Shown piece after piece: positions 27,522 to 35,644 of a stretch of DNA of 64,000 nt. The DNA lies in assembly GCA_009929275.1 (NCBI GenBank), contig SAAW01000001.1:26924-90923 (forward strand). Reading direction: 5' to 3'. The notes beneath the pieces are model-generated. The model worked only from the letters and a program-made list of their open reading frames with translations. It ran no database searches and was not told the DNA's origin. How positions within the stretch are numbered: the first letter of the stretch is position 1; each line of letters begins with the position of its first letter. Source of the stretch: Clostridia bacterium (GTDB lineage Bacteria; Bacillota; Clostridia; Christensenellales; UBA1242). The translations under genes and the position numbers were made by a program.

Positions 27522-28685
27522 TTATTTCCAAATAAATTCATACGATGCCACCCCACATGAAAGTTTCACGGCGTAGAGATAATACATATATCCGCTGGCA
27601 ATGACATAGACTGCTGGCACGACAAATTTATAGTATTTCGTTCCCTTTGTGCCTTGCGCAAACAGCGGAATGAGAATGATTAGTGAAATGAAGAAGTATA
27701 AAGTGAACCTATTCACTAGCGTTTGGTATGAAAGAGCCATGCCAAAAATCCTTATTAATGGCACCATCAGAAACATTAGAAGAAGAAAATCATATTGTTT
27801 TGTTTGGCTTTTGTCTAATTTTAATCTATTTCTGAAAATATATAACACACCGAAAATTAGGCATAAAGAAACGGTGTAGAGAATGTCAAGAAGACTTGTT
27901 TGCATCAAAAAAGTTTGATTTGCAAAATATTTTTGATAATAATCCACTCCAAACAGCATATCTAAAACATACATTATTTGTTTGAACCCAAAGAAACAAA
28001 TCACGGTCAAGGCGGTGAAGAAAAGAATTGTTTTCCAATTCAATTTTATAAATTTGAAAAAAATTAAACTAAAACACAGTATAGCACTGCTGTGAAATGT
28101 AAAAGCGAGAAGAGTTAGGAGAGTGAACCATAAATATTTGTTTTTAAAAATCATCACAATTGCAACAGCCACGAGTGACATTGCAACTATCTGCCTGTAG
28201 GCTGAAAAACTTTGGGCGTAGGTTCCAAGTGCAATAAAAAGAAAATATGACATTCCCTTATCTTGTGAAAGATTTCTGATAAAAAAACTAAAACATATTG
28301 CAGTGATGAGAGCGATTGCAAGTTGCAAAAACACAAAGCCTAGGTTAAGCATTGCTAAAATTGAATTGAGAAAAACATATCCAATCTCAAAACTGCTTGA
28401 AGTAAATTCAAACAAAACTACTTGCCCTGTCCTCAGTTCTTCATAATAATTATAGTAATTTACTGTGTCGAGTCCCACCCCGACCGCCTTAAAAGTGGCG
28501 AGGAAAATCATCGCAAAAACAATTAAAAACTTGCTTCCCACCAAAAAATCAAGAAAAAGGCTATATCTTTTCCCATTTCTATTTTCACTGCCAATAATCG
28601 CATATTTTGTCAGCATTTTTTCTGCAATAATGTTTGCAATCACAAGTAATACTAGTAAAAAATATATTAGCACTCTTTTCTCCAT
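27522..28685 (-). CDS. EpsG-family polytopic membrane protein (putative Wzy-type glycan polymerase)
   Basis: 387 aa and more than 10 TM helices. The early GVGLDTVNYYNYYE loop resembles the EpsG family. Confidence 0.6.
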   Translation of the reverse strand: MEKRVLIYFLLVLLVIANIIAEKMLTKYAIIGSENRNGKRYSLFLDFLVGSKFLIVFAMIFLATFKAVGVGLDTVNYYNYYEELRTGQVVLFEFTSSSFEIGYVFLNSILAMLNLGFVFLQLAIALITAICFSFFIRNLSQDKGMSYFLFIALGTYAQSFSAYRQIVAMSLVAVAIVMIFKNKYLWFTLLTLLAFTFHSSAILCFSLIFFKFIKLNWKTILFFTALTVICFFGFKQIMYVLDMLFGVDYYQKYFANQTFLMQTSLLDILYTVSLCLIFGVLYIFRNRLKLDKSQTKQYDFLLLMFLMVPLIRIFGMALSYQTLVNRFTLYFFISLIILIPLFAQGTKGTKYYKFVVPAVYVIASGYMYYLYAVKLSCGVASYEFIWK

Positions 28686-28833
28686 ATAAAATAATTTCTG
28701 TTAATAAAATATACTAACACAAGTTTAATTTCTAATCAAATAAAACACAGTGCCAAAAAAATGAAGGGCAAAAATATCTATTTATTTATTAATAAATATG
28801 TTAATATATTTATATAAAAAGAAAGAAGAAAAA

Positions 28834-29853
28834 ATGAACACATTACTACTTAAACCAAACAAAAAAAGCATTGATCTTGCTTGCACACTTTTAAAACAAG
28901 GGGAAGTTGTGGGAGTTCCCACTGAAACTGTCTATGGACTCGCTGGAGACTCCTCAAATCCTCTTGCCATAAAAAGAATTTTTGAAGCAAAAGGGCGTCC
29001 CTCTGACAATCCTCTCATCGTTCACATTTCAAATATGGAAATGCTTGAAAAAGTTGTGTCAAAAGTTCCAGATGACGCTAAAAAATTGGCAAAAGTTTTT
29101 TGGCCGGGCCCTCTCACAATTATTTTGCCAAAAGGAAAGGGGGTGTGCAGTGAGAGTTGTGCGGGGCTGGACTCTGTGGGGGTTAGAATGCCCTCAAATG
29201 AAGTTGCCCGTAAGATAATCGAACAATTGGGCTTTCCTTTTTCAGCACCCAGTGCAAACCTCAGCGGAAAACCAAGCCCTACAAATGCACAAGATGTCTA
29301 TGCAGATATGAATGGAAGGATTCCTCTCATCATTGACGACGGATCTTCCAATGCTGGTGTAGAGTCCACCGTGGTGTCTTTGCTCAGTGAAACCCCTGTT
29401 ATTCTTCGTCCAGGAGTTGTCACCAAGGAAGATATGGAAAAAGTTCTTCAAAAGCCCGTTCTCATAGCAAAAGAAGTCACCGAAGGAATGAAAGATAATG
29501 AAGTCGTTCGTTCACCTGGAATGAAATATAAACACTATTCCCCCACAGCAGAAGTCACTGTTGTAAAAGGGAATTTTGAAAACTTTAAAAAATTTGTCGA
29601 AAAAAATAATGGAAACAATGTTTTTGCAATGTGCTTTGACGGCGAAGAAAAATTACTCAGCGTAAAATCACTTTCTTTTGGTCAAAAAGATGACGCTTTG
29701 TCACAAGCCCACAACCTTTTCACAGTCCTGCGAGCGTTGGACAAATTAGGGGCAAAAACTGTGTATGCAAGATGCCCAAAATCCACAGGGGTGTCACTTG
29801 CCGTCTACAATCGACTCGTTCGCAGTGCTGGATTTAAGATTATTGAGGTTTAA
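28834..29853 (+). CDS. tsaC: L-threonylcarbamoyladenylate synthase (Sua5/YwlC long form)
   Basis: 339 aa from the ATG at 28834; the ORF track begins at 28798. VGVPTETVYGLAGD, KGRPSDNPLIVH, SAPSANLSGKPSPT, plus a C-terminal Sua5 domain. Confidence 0.85.
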   Translation: MNTLLLKPNKKSIDLACTLLKQGEVVGVPTETVYGLAGDSSNPLAIKRIFEAKGRPSDNPLIVHISNMEMLEKVVSKVPDDAKKLAKVFWPGPLTIILPKGKGVCSESCAGLDSVGVRMPSNEVARKIIEQLGFPFSAPSANLSGKPSPTNAQDVYADMNGRIPLIIDDGSSNAGVESTVVSLLSETPVILRPGVVTKEDMEKVLQKPVLIAKEVTEGMKDNEVVRSPGMKYKHYSPTAEVTVVKGNFENFKKFVEKNNGNNVFAMCFDGEEKLLSVKSLSFGQKDDALSQAHNLFTVLRALDKLGAKTVYARCPKSTGVSLAVYNRLVRSAGFKIIEV

Positions 29854-29874
29854 AAATTTAAAGGAGAAAACACA

Positions 29875-30588
29875 ATGAATTTAATAAAAGAGCATTGGAC
29901 TCAAAAAGATGTTGAGAATTTTAAAACATATCTTTTGTCTTTTAGTAAAGGAGCAGAGAAAGGACTTTGGGAACAAAGAATAATCAACACAAAACTTCCC
30001 TGCATTGCCGTTCCCTCGCCTGTTGTGAAAGACATCACCAAAGAGATTTCAAAAGGCAATTTCATTCAATTTTTGGATTTTTGGGTTTGGGATAATTTCA
30101 CGCACACAAGCGTGAATGGCGGATTAATTTGCAAAATTAAAGATTTTGTTGTAATGAAAAAATATTTGCTAGAATATGCAAACAAAATAGATAATTGGGC
30201 TTCGTGCGACTTATTAAAATTTAAAATCACCCCAAAAAACAAAGAATTATATTATAATTTGAGTCAAGAATGTATAATGTCATCTAAGCCGTTTGTCCGA
30301 AGACTTGGTGTTAAAATTTTGTTCAATTTTATTGCTGACAACAATTATATTGATAAGATTTTCAACATTCTTAATTCTTTTGAAATGGAAACGGAATATT
30401 ATGTTAATATGATTAATGCGTGGATTTTTGCTGAGTGTTTCACAAAACAAAGAGAGAAAACAATCAAATTCTTAGACTCGCATAAGTTGAATAAATTTAC
30501 AATCAATAAAGGTATTCAAAAGTGTCGTGATAGTTTTCGAGTGTCAAAAGAAGACAAAGAAATGCTACTTAAATACAAAGTAAAATAG
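29875..30588 (+). CDS. DNA alkylation repair protein family (HEAT-like repeat, AlkD-related)
   Basis: 237 aa, AGGAG RBS. IDNWASCDLL, KPFVRRLGVKIL and NAWIFAECF resemble PF08713-type proteins as I remember them. Confidence 0.6.
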   Translation: MNLIKEHWTQKDVENFKTYLLSFSKGAEKGLWEQRIINTKLPCIAVPSPVVKDITKEISKGNFIQFLDFWVWDNFTHTSVNGGLICKIKDFVVMKKYLLEYANKIDNWASCDLLKFKITPKNKELYYNLSQECIMSSKPFVRRLGVKILFNFIADNNYIDKIFNILNSFEMETEYYVNMINAWIFAECFTKQREKTIKFLDSHKLNKFTINKGIQKCRDSFRVSKEDKEMLLKYKVK

Positions 30589-30625
30589 ACTATAATTTAT
30601 ATTTTAATTTTTTTATTTATGACAC

Positions 30626-30660
30626 AAAAAAAGACAAGTTACTTCAACTTGTTTTTTTTG
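30626..30660. terminator. bidirectional terminator
   Basis: Stem gacaagtt / aacttgt with loop acttc, flanked by A7 and T8 runs. Lies between convergent genes. Confidence 0.55.
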
Positions 30661-30701
30661 TTTTACATAATTATATATTAATATTGACTATTAATTTTTC
30701 A

Positions 30702-31091
30702 TTATTCTTCGTTAAACTGCAAATCGATATTGTTAAGAAGTATGAGTGATTGAAGAAATCTACTCATTGCCAAGACCGCCTTTTTTTCGTCCACAATTTT
30801 CATAAAAATCTCTTTCTTTTCATTCATTTTAACGCCAAAAGTGGAGAAAACTCTTGCTAAATATTCCGCCAATTGCTCGTCGTCTAGTTCAATATCCACT
30901 GCAAGCAACCTTTTATATGTCAGCCCCATATCAGTCAAAATTATTTCCTCGCCCTTTTCAACAAACGCCACAGGCATATCTTCATTGTCCAAATTATAGC
31001 AAACAAAACTGTTATTGATTAAACAACCGCTGTCTGTTTTTCTGAACATAAACGCAGATTTTAAGTCGGTTTTTATTTTTTCAATATCCAT
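30702..31091 (-). CDS. small acidic protein of unknown function (possibly DUF1828-like), second gene of a two-gene cassette
   Basis: 129 aa from the ATG at 31091, 1 nt after the upstream TAG stop. The ORF-track version (to 31202) would overlap the upstream gene by 110 nt. The DUF1828 resemblance is a weak impression only. Confidence 0.5.
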   Translation of the reverse strand: MDIEKIKTDLKSAFMFRKTDSGCLINNSFVCYNLDNEDMPVAFVEKGEEIILTDMGLTYKRLLAVDIELDDEQLAEYLARVFSTFGVKMNEKKEIFMKIVDEKKAVLAMSRFLQSLILLNNIDLQFNEE

Positions 31092-31092
31092 T

Positions 31093-32667
31093 CTATTCTC
31101 CCATTTGCCTTTCAAATTTCCCACAGTTATTTTCACATTCTTTTCCCAAATAATATTTTTGTGAATCGACTTTTTGGGTATAATTCCAACCACTTTTTTC
31201 ACTCAAATCATCTTCAAAAATATATTTTCCATTCACAATTGCCAAAGGACAGTTGTCTAAAATGTATTCTTTCAAATAAAAATTATGCGAAATTTTTGGT
31301 GCTTTCTCGTCGATAAAATAATGTTGCCATTCAAAATCTTTAAGCATATTTTCAAAAGTTTCATAGGTTTTCTCAATACTTTCCGAATTACAATTGATCG
31401 GCGTTGGACAAATGTCTGCTGATTGATTTTGAGTCAAAAGAAGTCTTTGTTTCAAATTATATAGGTGGATATGACTATGCTGTGTCTTTTCACAAAGATA
31501 TCCGTTTAAGTCTATGTTCCCATAATTATTTAACTTGTTAAAATGGATTCCCAGAGGCTCATAATCCCATCTCGACACGACAAATTTGCCTCTTTCCAAG
31601 CCTCTTGCATACACACAAAACTTGATGCTACTTCCTGCATTTTGGACGACGTCGTCACCACAATAATTATAAGTTCTTGTGAACTCGCCAATCATACACT
31701 CTTCGCCCACTTGAAATGCCACTTTTTTCACTTGAATTGTATGAAAACTATCTCTTCTTACTGTTTCCCATTCTGTCAGTGGGATTTTAGGGGCAGAAAT
31801 CATGTCTTCTAAAAATTCGTCGCTGTGTGTAAAAACAAAACACTCAGGTTTTTTTGTGAATTTATCATTTGGAATCTCGCGAAAAAGATAGTCATCAGGG
31901 ATTCCATAATGTTCCAAAACTTCTGGAAAAGTCCTTTTTAACTTTTTATTGCAAATATCAAGCATCAATTTTTGATTTTTTTCATTGTTTAACCATACTG
32001 CTCTTAAAAAATTATTGAAATATTGATCTTTTCCTGGGTCTTCAAAAAATTCATCTTTAGTATAAGGGCTTAAAGAAAACAAAGCAAATGAGGGATTGTC
32101 CAAAGCGTGGTCATAGAAAAAAAGCATTTTTTCGATATATCTTGGCGTCCAAAACTTTTTCAACACCTTAAAAACGTCTGTGTCTTTGGCGGGGTTTTTA
32201 AGATATTCAAGATAAGCCCGCATAACATCTTCTTGAGACACAGAAAAATTGATTTTGTTTGGACTTTTATTGTTTAATTTATTTTCTTCTTGGCTACTTT
32301 TCGTTTTTGCATAATTATAGTTTTTGACATCAACCAATGAAGTTCTTTGCAAAACTTTATCCATTATATTTGAAAATTTTTTATAACTAGAATTGCAATT
32401 AAACTTACTTAAATTAAAATATTTAACCTCTTCTTGAGAAGTTTTAGGGTTGTTTATATATTCAAGATAAATTGAAATAATTTCGTCTATAGACAAATCC
32501 AAATTTGCTTTTTTTAAATATTTTTGAAAAAGTTTTATTTGCTCTTGTCCAATCTTTTCATTTTTTTTGTTTACACTGGTGACATCAAACAAAGCATTGT
32601 TTTTTATAATATAATTTATTTTTTTGTTCGATTTTTTATAATTGTTATGACATTGACGTTTTCTCAA
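31093..32667 (-). CDS. hypothetical 524-aa protein, no recognisable family
   Basis: Long uninterrupted ORF. TTG start 6 nt after a GGTG Shine-Dalgarno-like element. Basic N-terminus and an internal duplicated helix motif (IISIYLEYINNPKTSQEE and VMRAYLEYLKNPAKDTD). Confidence 0.55.
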   Translation of the reverse strand: MRKRQCHNNYKKSNKKINYIIKNNALFDVTSVNKKNEKIGQEQIKLFQKYLKKANLDLSIDEIISIYLEYINNPKTSQEEVKYFNLSKFNCNSSYKKFSNIMDKVLQRTSLVDVKNYNYAKTKSSQEENKLNNKSPNKINFSVSQEDVMRAYLEYLKNPAKDTDVFKVLKKFWTPRYIEKMLFFYDHALDNPSFALFSLSPYTKDEFFEDPGKDQYFNNFLRAVWLNNEKNQKLMLDICNKKLKRTFPEVLEHYGIPDDYLFREIPNDKFTKKPECFVFTHSDEFLEDMISAPKIPLTEWETVRRDSFHTIQVKKVAFQVGEECMIGEFTRTYNYCGDDVVQNAGSSIKFCVYARGLERGKFVVSRWDYEPLGIHFNKLNNYGNIDLNGYLCEKTQHSHIHLYNLKQRLLLTQNQSADICPTPINCNSESIEKTYETFENMLKDFEWQHYFIDEKAPKISHNFYLKEYILDNCPLAIVNGKYIFEDDLSEKSGWNYTQKVDSQKYYLGKECENNCGKFERQMGE

Positions 32668-32693
32668 AATGCACCACTTCTTTTCTTTTTTTT

Positions 32694-32722
32694 AGTCTAC
32701 CACTAGAACGCCCACTAGTCAA
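32694..32722 (-). promoter_or_regulatory. putative promoter of the two-gene cassette, with a direct repeat in the spacer
   Basis: On the minus strand: TTGACT (32722-32717), 17-nt spacer, TAGACT (32699-32694). The spacer carries CTAGTGG twice at a 12-nt period and is unusually GC-rich for this window. Confidence 0.35.
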
Positions 32723-32770
32723 TATTAAGAATTACTATATCTTTTAAATTTTTTTAAAAAATTTTCAACT

Positions 32771-34507
32771 TTAGTTTTTGATTTCTGTTACTTTCTCCAA
32801 ATCAACATCTTCCATTTTTGTAATTTTTTGAGATTCATTTTCTGCCTGTGAATTTAATTCTTCTTTTTTCTTTTCATTATTTTCAATTGAATGCTCCAAG
32901 TCAGATTTTGCTTTTTCATTTGTATTTTCTAAGTTATTTTTTATATTTTCGTTTGTTTTTTCGATTTTGTTTTTAACGTCTTTTGTAGAATTTTCTAAAA
33001 TTGTTTTCTCATCACTATCATTCAAAGAAACATCTTTTGCAACACTTGATTTTTCATTCTCCACATTTTCTTCTAATTTTTCCTTATTTTGAGCCAATTT
33101 ATCATCGGCATTTATCAAGTCATTTTCAGTTTCTTTTTCATCGACATTTTTCGTTTCATTTTCAGTTGCTTTTTCATCGGCATTTGTCGTTTCATTTTCA
33201 GTTGCTTTTTCATCGGCATTTGTTGTTTCAGTTTCAGTTGCTTTCTCGTCTACTTTTTCAGCATTTTCCAATTTATTAACACTTTCTGTTTTTGACGTTT
33301 GTTCCGCCACCTTTTCACTTTCGTCAATTGCTTTTACGTTTTCATCAACTATATTATTTTTATTTTCTTCTTTCTCACTTATTTCGTTAACATTTTCAGC
33401 AGTTTCTTTTGTTTCCGCAATTTCCGCAGTTTTTTCTTCGACATTTTCAGCAGTTTCTTTTGTTTCCACATTTTCCGCAGTTTTTTCGTCTACATTTTTA
33501 GCAGTTTTTTCGTCTACATTTTCCGCAGTTTTTTCGTCTACATTTTCCGCAGTTTTTTCGTCTACATTTTCAGCAGTTTTTTCTTCGACATTTTTAGCAG
33601 TTTCTTCGGCTGGTTCTTTGGCTGGTTCTTTCGCTGGTTCTTCGGCTGGTTTTGAAGTGTTTGCGTCAATATATTTTTGATATTCTTCTTGCGCCTCAAA
33701 AATTTGGAAAGTTTTTTCCACTTCATTAGTATAATTTCCTTTCCCGCAAATCTTGACTTTGTATATTCCCGCACTCACGAAATCATCGACTAACTCACCA
33801 AACTCCTCGCCTTCATTTTTTTTATATTCATAGCTCACAACATAATTTTCTTCGCTTGAAAGCCCCTCAATTGTCACTTCTGGTTTTAGTGAATTGCCCG
33901 TGTAAACTTCATTTGGAATGTCTTCAACCATATCTTCCTGCAAAGATTTTTTCTCAATAGAAAAGGCACTCACAACCTCTTTTCTCGCATAATCACTTGT
34001 TGTCTGCACAGTTGTTTTCAGAATATAATTCCCCGCGTCTGTTGGCTCTTTTTTAAAATAAAATTCATCGCCTAACACAGCATATTCAAAAACAACTTCT
34101 CCATTTCCGCTATTATTTTCGACCACAGGGGTTTTTGCTTCCTCGCCGAAAGTCCAATCTTCCACACTCACATTCAGGTTTTCAAGAGGCTCATAAGCCA
34201 CCACAGAAACGACCCCCGTCGCTCCCAAATATTTTTTGCTATTTTTCGGTTCAAACACCCACTCATATTCATTTTCACCTTTGATTAATGTGGTCTCGCC
34301 GTCTTTCCAAAACAAATTGCCCTCAACTTTGCTTTCGCCAAAATCCAAAAAAACATCGTTTAAAGTCTGTGAAACAAGATAATTCATATTGTTATCTACC
34401 ATAGGACTAATTTCTGCGTTCACTGCCTCTTCGTTACACCCCGAAAAAAACATTCCCGCAATGAAAAAAATTGTCAAAAATATAATTAAAAACTTTTTTA
34501 CTTTCAT
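32771..34507 (-). CDS. surface lipoprotein with an Ig-like N-terminal region and a long acidic tandem-repeat C-terminal region
   Basis: 578 aa from the ATG at 34507, preceded by an AGGTG RBS. The ORF track begins at 34540. Signal peptide with lipobox FFSGC. The C-terminal half is E/K/T/N-rich repeats. Confidence 0.68.
   Translation of the reverse strand: MKVKKFLIIFLTIFFIAGMFFSGCNEEAVNAEISPMVDNNMNYLVSQTLNDVFLDFGESKVEGNLFWKDGETTLIKGENEYEWVFEPKNSKKYLGATGVVSVVAYEPLENLNVSVEDWTFGEEAKTPVVENNSGNGEVVFEYAVLGDEFYFKKEPTDAGNYILKTTVQTTSDYARKEVVSAFSIEKKSLQEDMVEDIPNEVYTGNSLKPEVTIEGLSSEENYVVSYEYKKNEGEEFGELVDDFVSAGIYKVKICGKGNYTNEVEKTFQIFEAQEEYQKYIDANTSKPAEEPAKEPAKEPAEETAKNVEEKTAENVDEKTAENVDEKTAENVDEKTAKNVDEKTAENVETKETAENVEEKTAEIAETKETAENVNEISEKEENKNNIVDENVKAIDESEKVAEQTSKTESVNKLENAEKVDEKATETETTNADEKATENETTNADEKATENETKNVDEKETENDLINADDKLAQNKEKLEENVENEKSSVAKDVSLNDSDEKTILENSTKDVKNKIEKTNENIKNNLENTNEKAKSDLEHSIENNEKKKEELNSQAENESQKITKMEDVDLEKVTEIKN
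33135..33242 (-). repeat. 3 x 36-bp in-frame tandem repeat (DEKATENETTNA units)
   Basis: The unit ttttcatcggcatttgtcgtttcattttcagttgct is repeated at 33135, 33171 and 33207 with a few substitutions. Confidence 0.85.
33415..33606 (-). repeat. about 8 x 24-bp in-frame tandem repeat (EKTAENVD units)
   Basis: The unit cgtctacattttccgcagtttttt is near-identical at 33487, 33511, 33535 and 33559. Degenerate copies flank these. Confidence 0.85.
33608..33655 (-). repeat. 4 x 12-bp in-frame tandem repeat (EPAK units)
   Basis: ggctggttcttt-type unit present four times. Confidence 0.8.
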
Positions 34508-34647
34508 AATTTCACCTTTTTTTATTTTATTTTGTGACAAAACACTTATAAAAATACTTTCAGCAAAAATAATTTTTATTTCTATAAAAAAAAATCTATT
34601 ACAAATAGACTTTTTTACATTGGATTTTTTTGCATTTATTTAATTTT

Positions 34648-35136
34648 TTATACGCTTAGTTTTTGAATGACTAAATTCACATTCTCAAAAGTTGCACCAC
34701 TTCCACTATTATTTCTAAGGTTGATAATGGTGTTTGTCATTGTGTTGTTATAGATAAAACTGGTGGATAAGTGCGTTGGCAATCCCGCTGTCGCAAACGC
34801 CGAACTCAAACTTATCGCCACATTGCTCCCGTCTGCGGTTATTTTCAGCCCCACAATTCCGCTTGCCGTTCGAAAAGCATCTGCATCATATGTAATCAAA
34901 TAATATCCGCCTGTCGCCAGCGTAACATCAGCAGTCCCCGAAGTATGAATGATGTCTTCTGCGTCGAAATTGACATTATTAAGAAGGGTAATCGCAACAT
35001 CGTTACCAATCTCCTCGGTGTTTAAGTTATAAAAATCTGCAATCCTGTTTAATCCGCTTGGTCCCCTAGGTCCTGTTGCTCCCTTTGCACCTTTGCAAGG
35101 GTCATATGTCGAACAAATACAATTACAACAATTCAT
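34648..35136 (-). CDS. small Cys-rich, short collagen-like protein with a BclA-C-terminal-like (C1q/TNF-like) domain
   Basis: 162 aa. N-terminus MNCCNCICSTYDPC, four GXY triplets (GAKGATGPRGPSG), then a beta-rich domain ending NVNLVIQKL, as in the paralogues at 51892-54351. Confidence 0.6.
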   Translation of the reverse strand: MNCCNCICSTYDPCKGAKGATGPRGPSGLNRIADFYNLNTEEIGNDVAITLLNNVNFDAEDIIHTSGTADVTLATGGYYLITYDADAFRTASGIVGLKITADGSNVAISLSSAFATAGLPTHLSTSFIYNNTMTNTIINLRNNSGSGATFENVNLVIQKLSV

Positions 35137-35237
35137 ATCATTCCTCTCTGCATTAATTTACGCTTAAAATAAAAAAAATGTTAATATTCGTTTTTCAAAA
35201 AATACTTTGTAATATATAATTATGATTAAGAGGTAAT

Positions 35238-35561
35238 ATGGATAAAAATATTTTCATCAGCACTTCAAAGATTGTGCCTGCTGGCAGTTTCAGCAAACTT
35301 GTCATATCAATCTTCGACAAAGACAACAAAACATCAAATTTTTCAACGAGTTTGATGACAAAATATAACACAGAAAAATATGAAAAACAGGCACTCGAAC
35401 TTCTTGGTTTTAAGAATTGGTTTGACATAACATATGGCACCTTGTTCCCACAACTCACAGTCTTAACAGACTCCGACAATGAGGGTGAAATAGTTGGGCT
35501 TGCATGCAAAAATGGACTTCTTCTTAAAAACGAAGTGAAGTTTTTTCAAAAACAAAACTGA
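35238..35561 (+). CDS. hypothetical protein
   Basis: 107-aa ORF with an AAGAGGT RBS. Ends in TGA. No motif recognised. Confidence 0.45.
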   Translation: MDKNIFISTSKIVPAGSFSKLVISIFDKDNKTSNFSTSLMTKYNTEKYEKQALELLGFKNWFDITYGTLFPQLTVLTDSDNEGEIVGLACKNGLLLKNEVKFFQKQN

Positions 35562-35618
35562 AAAAATTTTATTTATATTTATTTAACGAAAAATTTATAT
35601 CTAAAATAATAACTACAT

Positions 35619-35644
35619 AAAAAAAAGGCATTTGCCTTTTTTTA
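35619..35644. terminator. bidirectional terminator
   Basis: Stem aaggc / gcctt with loop attt, flanked by A8 and T7 runs. Lies between convergent genes. Confidence 0.5.

Noticed and set aside
23538-28797. tRNA-Arg-integrated genomic island or prophage remnant.
   Set aside because: I saw no integrase, recombinase or phage gene. I also found no direct repeat of the tRNA 3' end at the far boundary (28686-28797). I kept the observation only as a compositionally odd glycan cassette.
30702-31202. The 166-aa version of the small cassette gene given in the ORF track.
   Set aside because: It would overlap the upstream 524-aa gene by 110 nt. An in-frame ATG at 31091, 1 nt after the upstream stop, gives a compact 129-aa protein and a typical coupled junction.
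33001-33655. Phe-rich plus-strand ORFs (92, 68 and 118 aa) with striking internal periodicity.
   Set aside because: They are the antisense reading of the acidic E/K/T/N tandem repeats of the lipoprotein gene. The periodicity comes from the repeats on the coding strand.
33135-33655. Possible CRISPR array, because of regularly spaced direct repeats. The same question arises at 53665-53928.
   Set aside because: The repeats are contiguous with no unique spacers, have periods of 12-36 bp that are multiples of three, lie inside ORFs and have no cas genes nearby.
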